Assembly (NCBI GenBank): GCA_043228905.1
Contig: JBHGNT010000018.1
Span: 1,922,001 to 1,986,000 of the forward strand
Length of the DNA: 64,000 bases
Reading direction: 5' to 3'
DNA from: Azolla caroliniana
Taxonomy: Eukaryota > Plantae > Polypodiophyta
Shown here: positions 26,301 to 37,394 of the stretch, piece by piece
How the letters are laid out: every line of letters starts with the position of its first letter
How positions within the stretch are numbered: the stretch's first letter is position 1
Notes under the pieces: model-generated
Database searches by the model: none
What the model was told of the DNA's origin: nothing
Seen by the model: only the letters and a program-made list of their open reading frames with translations
Translations under genes and position numbers: made by a program

Positions 26301-27827
26301 GATTTCTTTTAGATTATGTTCACTTTATAAATGTCAAAATTGGGCCAATGTTTTAGTAAAATGAGAGCTCACCTTTTTCTAGAACATTCATATGTTTCTA
26401 TACCATATTAAAAGTAAAGAAACTTACCTTACTTCCAATGTAAGTCACAATTACTTGAGGTTCAACGTTTTGCATTAAAAAAAACATGTACCCAAGCCAT
26501 AACATTTGAAGCTTAGGGTAAGGCCCCATAAAGTATCAAATTTAGATTCTAGATGATGCATACCCTGATTTGAAGATGCATATCTTTTAATTGCATGCTT
26601 CCTTTGTTCCTTGAAAGAACCTTTTACATTATCCACGCATGCCCAACTCTCTTCTTCCCATCTGCTCCCAATAGCATTTTTTTTAATTCAATGCTACAAC
26701 AAACATTACCACCCTTCACTCAATTGCTAATAAAGAAGATATTAAGTTCAACATTGTGACATTTTTAATACATGTTTCACAAATTGACATTCACCTTTGC
26801 ATCATACATGGAACCCAAAAATCCAAAATCACATGGAATCTTCCTTTTGCTAATGAAAGCAAACAAAATATGCAGCCAATGCATTTTTCACAAGGTTTTT
26901 CATATGCTCATCTTGGAAGACTATCTAAACTTTATCGCTACCATAGTATCAATCGATGCCCAATTATAATGACATCTTTTAGGGAAGGAAATCTTTAAGA
27001 TTGGCATAGAAGTAAATTTTTTTAATACTAATGTACATATTGGGTCTACGCTAATTAGACTCACACACATGAGAGATCCTAGATCACTAAAACAATATAG
27101 CACCATCTTTTTATACCAAATTCTTCATCAAAGCTTGGGACTCTTCTCCATGTCTTCTTCTGGACATTGTGACCCAACACATTGTCATCAATGGGGAGTT
27201 GAATTCTCATTCTCAACCTTAATCATTGGATTGCTTAAAACCCACTATTCAAAAACATTCATATGCTGTGCTATATTGCCTTGACATGCACATTCTATCA
27301 CAATGTGTCAATCATGTAGCCAAGAATCCATATTTATACAACAAACCAAATATTAAACATTGTTCATATAAAGAATCCATTCAAAAACCATGATATCTGA
27401 AAATGTTTTTGCAACTACAATTAAGAATTCATTTCCCATCTAGGCAATATCGAGATTGGATAACCACCAATTCTTTGTGACCCACTTCCCAAGAACAAAT
27501 TATGTCTAATTCTTTAGTCATGACTACAAATTTATACTCTCGGGAAATCATTTCACTTTGAGCTATTAGAATACAGGCGATTTTGTGTTATCAGCTATGT
27601 ATTGTTCTTCAAATGTCGATGAATCTTGCAATAATACATTTTTTCTTTTGAAATAATACATATATTTTTGAGCCTATAAATTGGGTATAAAAAATGCAAA
27701 ACTATCGCTTTTTGGCAAACAAACATCATGGTATACACCAATACAATTGAGCAAAACAAACCTTGGCATTGGTGAAATTTGAGGAAGCTAAATCTACATC
27801 ACCTGTCACCCCAAAGAGATCTATTCA

Positions 27828-30800
27828 CTATCTTTTATCAACTTCAGACTTAACATCTTCGGCATTGGCAGATTCTTCAGAACTCGCACCCATATCCAAC
27901 TGGTCATCAGAATCCATGGCATTCTCATAATCATAGTATGCTGTTGCCTACATATATGTGGAGAGAGAAGTTGTCACTTGTGGATATCATATATGTAAAT
28001 AGACAACATGAGCACGACAAAAATGCATGAAGTTGTTTTGCGTTTTAAGAAGAAATTAAATGAAACAGAGTGTAATATTTATATATTTAAAAAAGATCAA
28101 AATGATCAAGAGAAAAGTTTCAAAGAATACATATCTGACCAAAGTTTCAGTATCAAGGACATGTCATGGTTTCATTCCTTCTTAGGAAAAAAGACACACA
28201 GTATAAGATACATGATAAGTTTATTTATTTAGACAGAGAGAGAAACCTTTGGTCTTGGTAGCACCGCACTGAAGGTGAAGATTTGTGGGGACGAGAAGTC
28301 AGGACCCTTTAATACAATGTAAGCCCCTTCATTGTTGTATCTGTGGCTGCCAGCCTACACAGTTCTAAGTTAACCATTGTGACCCAGATAACGAGATCTA
28401 TCTTAAAACGTCCCTTGAAATTAGTGTCCAAACATACAATACAGTTCACTAAAGGTTTACTAGAAACACACCCAAAAAAGGAATGTTAAAAATACTTCCC
28501 AACCATGCTTTAATTAGACAACCCCAAACCATCCACTTAATATATTTTTAGATCATTTACAAAACATGATACATTGAAGAACTCTATAGAGATCAAAACA
28601 CAATTGACAAAGTTCATAGATATACCTGAAATTGGGGATAATCTGGAGCACTGAAGAGTGTTATGAGTTTCCCCGAGTTCACAACATGATCAATTGTGTA
28701 TCCTTTGCTCATGTCCTTCATATCATGCCGTTTTGCCCTTGCATCAGGTCCTTCATGAGATCTCACAATCAACTGCACCTCCAACAACCAACTGCCACTC
28801 CATTGACAGAAAATGCAAGAATATAATAGCTCCACTAAATTTAGCTAATCCTAACCTTGAGCTTGTTTTTCACCAAAAAGTCTTCCGTGCAATCTGGACC
28901 CCAAAGTAAACCAATGCCACGGGTTGTATTAGGTGCGAGTCCCTGTTCAAGAGTAGGATCAGACCATAGAACATCAGCTAGAATAGTGCTACTTCCTTGT
29001 CCAGTTGGATCTAAAATGCCCCTTCTAGCTGTAGCCAGTTCATCAAGAGACCCTAGAGTAATCACTTTACTCTCCGAATTACAAGTAGTAGTTTTTCGTG
29101 GCCGTCCTTTCCTCTTCAGCTTCTTTTGTGATGTTTCCACATGGCGGAACAAACCCCCATGTGCCATAAACACAGAATCAGCAATTATTGCCGCAATTGG
29201 TAGACCCTCAAAACACCCTAAACATTTCCTGTAGAGATGTTTTGCTTGGTCCCCATATTTTGACACTAGCTCCTGCTCAAATCCATATGCAGCTGTACAG
29301 AACCTTGTTTCATGATTTCCACGGAGCAAAAAGACTCTATCTGGTAAAAGTATCTGTTTAAAATATGTACATCCAAATAGATCAAGATTCAGAAAGGTTA
29401 CATTCAGCATGAATAAATTTCAATTTTTAAAATACAGCAGGGTACTGTATAAACTTTTGATGCATGTAGATATGTTTTATAGATTGCATATAAGTGTTTA
29501 TTCATATTGCAATCAACATGACTAAGTTGAATTTCCAGAGAACAGAGCAGTGTGACTTATAACCTCTCTATGTAGATAATATATGCATGTATGTATGCAG
29601 GCACATGTTTTCCTACTGGGGGACATCTTGCATCGGAGATGAGATATTTCCAGAGAACAGAGCAGTGTGACTTATAACCTCTCTATGTAGATAATACATG
29701 CATGTATGTATGCAGGCACATGTTTTCCTACTGGGGGACATCTTGCATCGGAGATGAGATATTTCCAGAGAACAGAGCAGTGTGACTTATAACCTCTCTA
29801 TGTAGATAATATATGCATGTATGTATGCAGGCACATGTTTTCCTACTGGGGGACATCTTGCATCGGAGATGAGATATTTCCAGAGAACAGAGCAGAGTGA
29901 CTTATAACCTCTCTATGTAGATAATACATGCATGTATGTATGCAGGCACATGTTTTCCTACTGGGGGACATCTTGCATCGGAGATGAGATAGTTGCACAT
30001 TGATCAGAAGTCAATGCACACTATGCTTTATCTTTAACCACCACTACCTAGGTGGTTTAAGCCATTATTCTGGACAAGAATGGAGGGGGCAACTACTTTA
30101 TGATCGAAAAAAACACAAGTTGAATGCTCATTTTCCTCTATTCATTGCATAGCTGGGGTTGATGGAAGGGATGGATGACAAGGGAACAAAAACAAGGAGT
30201 AGATGGCAAGAAATATGAAGACTCGTGCATACTTCTAAATCTTTTGGATCTGTCAATGCCAGCTTCAAGCAAAGTACCTGGATTTTTTCCTTGCAGTTTT
30301 TAGCATGCATTTGGAAAAGAAGGAAAACGGGCTGGACACAGTATAGAGATGCCAAATCACAGGACCTCTAGAAAGAATAATGAATCATATTTTCTTATTC
30401 CTTGCATTAATACCATGCATTTGAAAATGAAGCAAAACAATCTGGAAGATGTGGAAATGCCAAATCAAGATCAAGCTCTAAAAAAGGAGGAATGAGATTT
30501 TTGATATTCCAGCGTTATAGGCAGCAATTGCATCACCAGGTCCAATGCACCATCATACTCTTCTCATCACAAAGAAATGGCAGATTCCATTATCTTACTA
30601 TTTCTCTCGAGAACGAGTCTCAATGCTCGGAGATATAATCATGAGAATACAATTGACTAGCCATCTTATTACATAGCAAATGGATGTAGAGAAACCCATT
30701 AGAACTCCCTGAGTATATTTTACCTTGTGTCTTTCAACACTCAGTATAGGTTATTTCATTTTACGGTTCAAGTTGACAAATCTTGATAGATTTCTTTATT

Positions 30801-33800
30801 TCTCTTGTTAATAGAAATTTCATTATCTCAGCAGCCATTACCGTAGTGGCATTGCAGTCAACCATTGAGATACAAGCTGACCACGCACGAAGGTGAAGAT
30901 ATTGGTTTCTGGAGACACTGCAACAGCTTTTTTGAACTATTCAGTGAGTTAGCTGTTATCAGAGACCCAAGGAGATGTCAATCAATGTCAAGGTCAAGGA
31001 AGATGGACTTGTCACAGAGGTTTGGAACCACAACATGATGCGTTCAGAACTTCAATTCACACACAGGATACAATACCAAATTTTTTCAGATTTGCGTCAA
31101 CCTTAACAGTTGAACAGACAAAACTCCATTAAAAATCAGTAAAATGTCTGGGTCACAAGACCAGATGTTGTATTTTAGTACAGATATCCAGATCACGCAG
31201 GTGCAGCAGTAACATCAGCTGGATGGACCAATAGTGCACAATAAGAAACTCAGTCAGGTCAGGGTAAAGAGAGGATACCTGAAAATGGGGAGAGAGATGC
31301 AGGATCAGATGAATTCAATGTATCATTGGACAACGAATTTGGGGTTCCGATAATGAGAATGCCCAGTGTAAAGAAGGCAGTGGAGGCTGCAAAACAGCCC
31401 AGCATGGATGAAAAACTTGATACAAAGACTTGGGTATGACAATTATAAGGCACAACATTAAGCTTACATGGCATTGTTATTACAGAGCAAAGAACTGGAG
31501 AGCCTTGATGAAGTAATAAAGACACAATGAAAAATGAAGTAAATGCACTACATGAAAACTATAAATCTTAAGCCTACTTGATCAATGAGCAGACATAAAA
31601 CCCAATTAGTAGCCAACAGGTGCACGCAAACGCACGGGATGGACTTTGAAGATACTTTTGCACTAGAAACCAAATGGCAACAGTGCATGCAGTGATCAGG
31701 ATAGCGCCAAAGGGATAGCATCTTCACAAGACGGATCTCAAGAACACATTTATTCAAGGAAAACTACAAGAAGAATTAAATTATGAAGATCGCACCCAGA
31801 CAATGTATGCAAATTGAAGAAATTGGTTTCACCACACAGATGTCAAGAACAAATTTCTTCAAGACAAACTAGAAGAAGAAATATATATATTTGTCAGCCA
31901 CCCAATTATGAAGACAGTGCACACCCAGACAATATGTGAAAATTGAAGAAATTAGTTTCGAAAGACGGATGTCAAGAACACATTTCTTCAAGGAGAAATA
32001 GAAGAAGAATATATATTTGTCTGGCACCCAATTATGAAGATAGTGCACACCTGGACAATGAGTGCAATTTGATGAAATTGGTTTCAGGATGTCTGAATCC
32101 AACCACTTACTGTCTGTTTGGAGAGATGAAACCAAACTAGTCCTCATACTGATCTAGGTGGATGATCTAATTATAGGAGTTTTATTGATGCAAATCAAAT
32201 GCCCGAAGAAGTTCCTGGAGCGGAAACATCATATGAAAGGCTTAGGAGAGTTCCCATACTTCCATGGCATTGAGGTGATTCAGACAATCAACAGATTTGT
32301 CTTACACAACAACAATACATCTTAAAATGCTAAGGAAATACAAGGTGCCGCACTGCAAATTGAATGCAGTACCACTAGAGCAGAGAAACAAGAAGAACTC
32401 GCTTGATGAAGAATCAGATTCGCTGAGCTAAAAGATTCAGGTATGTACAGAAAATTAGCCGGGATAACCCGGTCATCCTAAGCATCACGGTAGGATAAAA
32501 AAACTAGGACATGTACGAACTCCATAAAGCCTACCAGAATGACATGAGGAGAGCAATTCAATATATACAATCAACTCTCAATTATGGGCTATCTTATGAT
32601 GCGGAGACACCAATCTGATTGTTTTAGCTGCTTGGAAGTACTGCAGTGACCTGGAGTAGCAAAGAGCAACTAATGATTGCTTTATCCAGCACAGAATCAG
32701 AATAGAGAGGCATAGGGGTCATAATATGTGAAGCAGCCTGTGTGCGCTGGTTTGACAGATCTTGAAATCCACAAAAAGGAACCAGTTGTTATTTGGTGCA
32801 ACAACCTCAACGGTATTCAGCCATGAGGAGGAAGCCAATATCTCCACAAAGGTCCTCTGTGCTGACAAATTTCAAACATATGCTAGGACTCCACAACATG
32901 AGCTTGAGATGGAGTATTGAGATACAATCTCAGTACACACAGAAACAGGGGTTTAGGGTGTAAGGCAATGCCTCCAAATTGAATAGTTAGGATGAAGAAT
33001 CCATAAAATCAAGTTTGTTTCACCCAGTGGGTTCAAGATCACTGAAAATCGTTTGAGAGATGGCATGTTAATACTCGATATTGGAAACCTTACCAGGGGT
33101 GCTGGTCATGGTCCAAGATATCTGATGAATGGTTTGAGAGATTGCACGTTGAAGAATGTTTCGATGGCACATTAATACGCAGAATTGGAAAAATTACCAC
33201 GATTGGCTGGTCAATATCCAAGTTCACATCTGGACACCCATGTGTCCTGCTACATTGATGTGCACATGCTCACACACATTGAAGATAGAAACTGGGGATT
33301 GGTATGTTGAAAGACGATATCTGACCTATGTCGTTTCAACATACCAGAAATAACAGCACATGGTACTTTGGAGTAAATCACATATGAAAACGTCAGGCAT
33401 GATTTTCAAGAATTCCTACCAGTTTGTTCTAGTTTTCCACGACTCCTAATGAGTATGCAACCATTGCCAATGACACTAGGCATGCTTTTTGCTAATCTAT
33501 TTGATTACAGAACCAAACATGCACAGTGACTAGCATAGTTCTCCATTTCATCTTCTTTGCTTTTTCTTTGTTCTAACAGTTTAAAACCCCCCATCTACAT
33601 GGTTTGGAGAGTGTCCCTTCTAAAGATTGTTAGTTCCATGGGTCATGTTGGGCCCCTGCCATGGGCATTACAATATCATTTTCATCATCATCATCTCCCT
33701 TGCATGTGTATGCCAATCGCATAACCAAACTGGAATGTACCCTAGCTTTCTATTCAATTGGTTCCATAAGTCAAGGTCAGCCTATTGAGGTGAGGGCCTT

Positions 33801-34000
33801 TCTCGACGGATAGAGAAGGCGCCCATGACTCGGAGTAAGAGTTGTGGGCTTCTAAGTCTTCTCGATGGATGGAGAAGACACCCATGAGGATGTTAACATA
33901 TCAATATTTCTTTCTACATTATCTACATAACCAATCTGGAATATACCCTAACATTCTATTCAAACAGTTTCATAGGTCGAGATCGGCCTCCTGTGGATGT

Positions 34001-34045
<45 letters not shown>

Positions 34046-34540
34046 TGGTCTCATTGGTCATATTTGACCTCCGAAGATGATAATATAATCTATCTATCTA
34101 TCTGTGTCTAAAAGAAAGACCCTTACCTTCCAAGCGAGGAGAAGAAGAAGAGTTTCGAGGCCCCAAGCACCACGATCGACATAGTCTCCATTAAACACGA
34201 ATATTTGACTATAAGAAGGTCTGCCTGCCATGTCGAGAAGCCGAATAAGATCGTGGAATTGACCATGAAGATCGCCCACAAGAACAACAGAGCATGAGGG
34301 AAATCCATCAACAGAGATACGAAGACAGTTGGGCTCGTGATGAAGAAGCTTGGATGCCGCGGATATAAGGGAATCTATGACTGAGACGGGGAGAACAGAG
34401 GAGAGGTTTTGCGGCGACGACGATGATGGCGATGATGATCGAGAGGCTGTGTCGAGAGTCTGAGTAAAGGAATCGATCCATTCTTCGGTGATGAGACCGT
34501 CTGATGGCCAAATCACTACTACTGTTTCTTCTTCGTCCAT
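27828..34540 (-). CDS. PP7: Serine/threonine protein phosphatase 7 (PPP family), about 428 aa, 5 exons
   Basis: Exons 34540-34127, 29353-28856, 28772-28626, 28354-28247, 27947-27828, all phase 0 and GT-AG. Intact [36 protein letters not shown] and SAPDYPQFQ motifs. C-terminal [12 protein letters not shown] as in plant PP7. Confidence 0.95.
29531..29990. repeat. 4 x 115-bp tandem repeat in PP7 intron 1
   Basis: atttccagagaacagagcag...gcatcggagatgagat starts at 29531, 29646, 29761 and 29876; nearly identical copies. Confidence 0.97.
30860..32960 (+). mobile_element. Highly decayed Ty1/copia remnant within PP7 intron 1, antisense to PP7
   Basis: [20 protein letters not shown] (DVKNAFL-like), LI*VDDLIIG, and gtgacctggagtagcaaagagcaa...gctttatccagcacagaatcagaa ([14 protein letters not shown]). 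PPT-like gagcttgagatggag precedes attgagatacaa, which also occurs at about 30864 (possible LTR pair). Confidence 0.7.
34004..34040. repeat. (CT)n microsatellite in PP7 intron 1
   Basis: Directly read. Confidence 0.9.
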
Positions 34541-34609
34541 CGCTCTGCAGAAACAGAGGCGGGGAAGACAGCCTCTACAGCGACAGAGACATACTGATAC
34601 ACTCAGAGA

Positions 34610-35104
34610 ATGGTGCTGATGACGTGGCAGAGATAGAGAGAGAGAGAGGATGATGATGTGGCACCTCCTTATTGGTTGGAGACCCAAAATGTGGTGATGA
34701 CGTGGACGACAGAGACTTATATGTATAGAGAGCGGTGATGATGTGGCACGGCCTTGTTGGTTGAAGGAACAGAATGTGGTGATGACGTGGTAGAGAGAGA
34801 CTGCAGAGAGTGGTGATGAATCACGATGTGGCACAACCTTATTGGTTGAAGGAACAGAATGCGGTGATGACGTGGTAGAGAGAGATTATAGAGAGTGGTG
34901 ATGAATCACGATGTGGCACAACCTTATTGGTTGAAGAACAATATGTGGTGATGACGTGGTAGAGAGAGATTGTAGAGAGTGGTGATGAATCGTGATGTGG
35001 CACAACCTTATTGGTTGAAGAACAAAATGTCGTGATGACGTGGTAGAGAGAGACCACATAGAGTGGTGATGAATCATGATGTGGCACGACCTTATTGGTT
35101 GAAG
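34610..35104 (-). promoter_or_regulatory. Six-unit 84-bp tandem array upstream of PP7 containing CCACGTCATC and CCAAT-N9-CCACA motifs
   Basis: GATGACGTGG in all 6 units; GATGTGGCAC-nnn-CTTATTGG in 5 of 6. The repeat is directly seen; regulatory function is inference. Confidence 0.6.
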
Positions 35105-35799
35105 AGCAAAGGGAAGCTTGAGGACCTGTTGGTTGATAAATGCGGCACGAATCGGGTGGGCACGAGAAATTGCTTGGGCAGCTGTATATAGCTTTCGGGT
35201 TTTGTCCGACCTGTTTTTGGTGCTGGACATATTCCTACTAAAACCAATGTGCCGAGCAAAGAAGAAACAAGACGAAGGATGATTTCCGATGGCTGTGTCA
35301 ATGCTAACATTTTGAAGTATTCCTGAGAATACGGGATCGAGATCGGCATACACCTTACATTCTCTTCTCCGGCTTCTTCGTAGCTGGACTTGGACACAAA
35401 AAATGTTATATTGCTTGCAGACAAGCTGGGAAAGCATGCCGGACAAACGAAAACAAAATCATGGTGCACAGTTCGTGGTTGCAACAAAAAACAAAATTTG
35501 AACGTGGAAATACTTAAAACTACATTTTTATGTTGCTCACAATTTGTTTACTTTGGTATTGACTTGACTCCTTAGCATTGGATCTTTAATCACATGTCGA
35601 CCTCTTACATTTCCCACGTGTATCAAGATGTATGTTCTACTTGGGCTCATGATGTTTTGCACCCAACAATATGTTTTTCTTGTTTTGTCATGGACACCTT
35701 TTTTGTTACTAGGATTTTATGTATAAAACCAACACACAAGGATTGGAGATGTAGAGTTTAGAAAAGTCGAGCTTCCATTGGACATTGATTCGAACCTTA

Positions 35800-36165
35800 A
35801 CAATTGGCAACGGTTCGGTTCGAGAGTGTCCAAACCAAACCGGTTTGAAAGCGAATCGTTTCAAAATTTTGAAACCTAAACTAAAGCACGAAACCGTTAG
35901 GTAAAAATTCAAACCGTAAACCATTCAACCGCTAAACCTGCGGTTTCATGGTTCGGTTTCGGTTTTCAATTTAGGTCAAAATTCAAATTTTTATTATTTC
36001 AAAATTTGAAGATTTTTCCTAAAATCTGAGAATTAGGCTTTAAAATGAAAAGGTTGTTTTAAAAGAAAATAAATTTAAAAACATTAAATTGTTCAAACCG
36101 AAATGAACCGTTTAAACCGTGAAGCCACAGTTTTGCGGTTCGGTTCAAACCGAATCATTGTTGAT
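35800..36165. mobile_element. Non-autonomous DNA-transposon-like relic rich in AACCG/CGGTT motifs
   Basis: Dense aaccg, ggttcggtt and aaaccg motifs in both orientations around an AT-rich core, a pattern typical of hAT-derived subterminal repeats. TIR and TSD not resolved. Confidence 0.45.
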
Positions 36166-36751
36166 TGTTATCGAGCCTCAGTAACCCATGCCAATAGCTT
36201 AATTGAACTTTTGATGATGTCCAAGTTTAGACAACGGTTCAAGTTTAGACATTGTTTTGTAGCTTCTTACGACGATTCAACGTGGTCTTGCTTGAAGACA
36301 AGTAAGTCAATCCAATGAAATCTATAAGTGGTCATCTAGATTCTACACGGGGGCACGATAAAGTAACAATTTGTTGTGATTGTTTATTGTATGAGCAAAC
36401 ATTTGTTTGACTAAATGCATGCAATATGTTATGAGAGTGATCATTAGGATATTGTATTGGGGTTGATCAAGAGAATGAATGATTGATACTTCGTGAATTA
36501 TTGACAGAGTTGTACGAGATGCCGAATGTTGTGCTTTGGCAAGGTGCATACGATTGATTGACAAGTGGTTGCGTCACAATCAATGGATTAACACATATGT
36601 AATTAAGAATACCCAATCGAAATGCATAACTAATTAAGCATTGCATGAACGCATAACACATCTGTAATTAATGTAAACCAATCGAAATGCATAACCAATG
36701 CAAAGTGTCTCAAACACAATATTATATTATATTATACGCAACGAGGTTTTC

Positions 36752-37295
36752 TAAGTACATAAAGGTATGTAATTACTACTTAGGTGTGTGATTAATCGAG
36801 TACGCATGTGTATGAAAGGATCAAATTAGTCTGTGAAAAATACTAGGAAATTTGATCAAATTGGCCATTAAATATAAGAGGCATTTGATCAAATTAGCCA
36901 TGAAAAATATCAGGAATTTAGCCATGGAAAAGACCCCAAATTTGATCAAATTTCCTCTTAAGTACATTAAGGTATGTAATTACTTCTTAGGTGTGTGATT
37001 AATCGAGTAAGCATGTGTATGAAAGGATCAAATTAGTCCGTGAAAAATGTTAGGAAACTTGATCAAATTGGCCATTAAATATAAGACGCATTTGATCAAA
37101 TTAGCCATGAAAAATATCAGGAATTTAGCCAAGGAAAAGACCCCGAATTTGATCAAATTGGCCATGAAAGATATGAGGAATTTGATCAAAATTTAGGCAT
37201 GGAAAATATTAGGATTTAGATCAAATCAATTTTGCAATGGGAAAAAGATCAGGAATTTGATCAAATTTAGCCATGGAAGAATATCAGGGATTTGA
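36752..37295. repeat. 207-bp duplication plus subrepeats of about 35-40 bp carrying the palindrome AATTTGATCAAATT
   Basis: taagtacat at 36752 and 36959. About nine TTGATCAAA-type cores between 36849 and 37270. Confidence 0.9.
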
Positions 37296-37394
37296 TGCTA
37301 GCCATTCACACAGAAAAGATTGATGATGAAACATTGAGAGAGCGAAATCAAACATTCGAATCGTCATCTCCATCTCCATCTCCATCTCTGAGAG

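Noticed and set aside
25170-27350. Possible decayed minus-strand gene (faint F-box-associated-like phrases such as FKCYGLG, WEQMGR)
   Set aside because: Fragments are too short and interrupted to support any assignment without a homology search.
34541-34834. 98-aa N-terminal extension of PP7 shown in the ORF track
   Set aside because: It starts at a GTG inside the tandem array. PP7 similarity begins at [12 protein letters not shown] (ATG at 34540).
34610-35104. Possible CRISPR-like array (also considered for 29531-29990 and 36752-37295)
   Set aside because: The sequences between conserved motifs are homologous to each other rather than unique spacers, there are no cas genes, and the context is a spliced eukaryotic locus.
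34886-35487. Two overlapping minus-strand ORFs (186 and 131 aa) upstream of PP7
   Set aside because: No recognisable domain, they run into the tandem array, and no splice-supported model was found.
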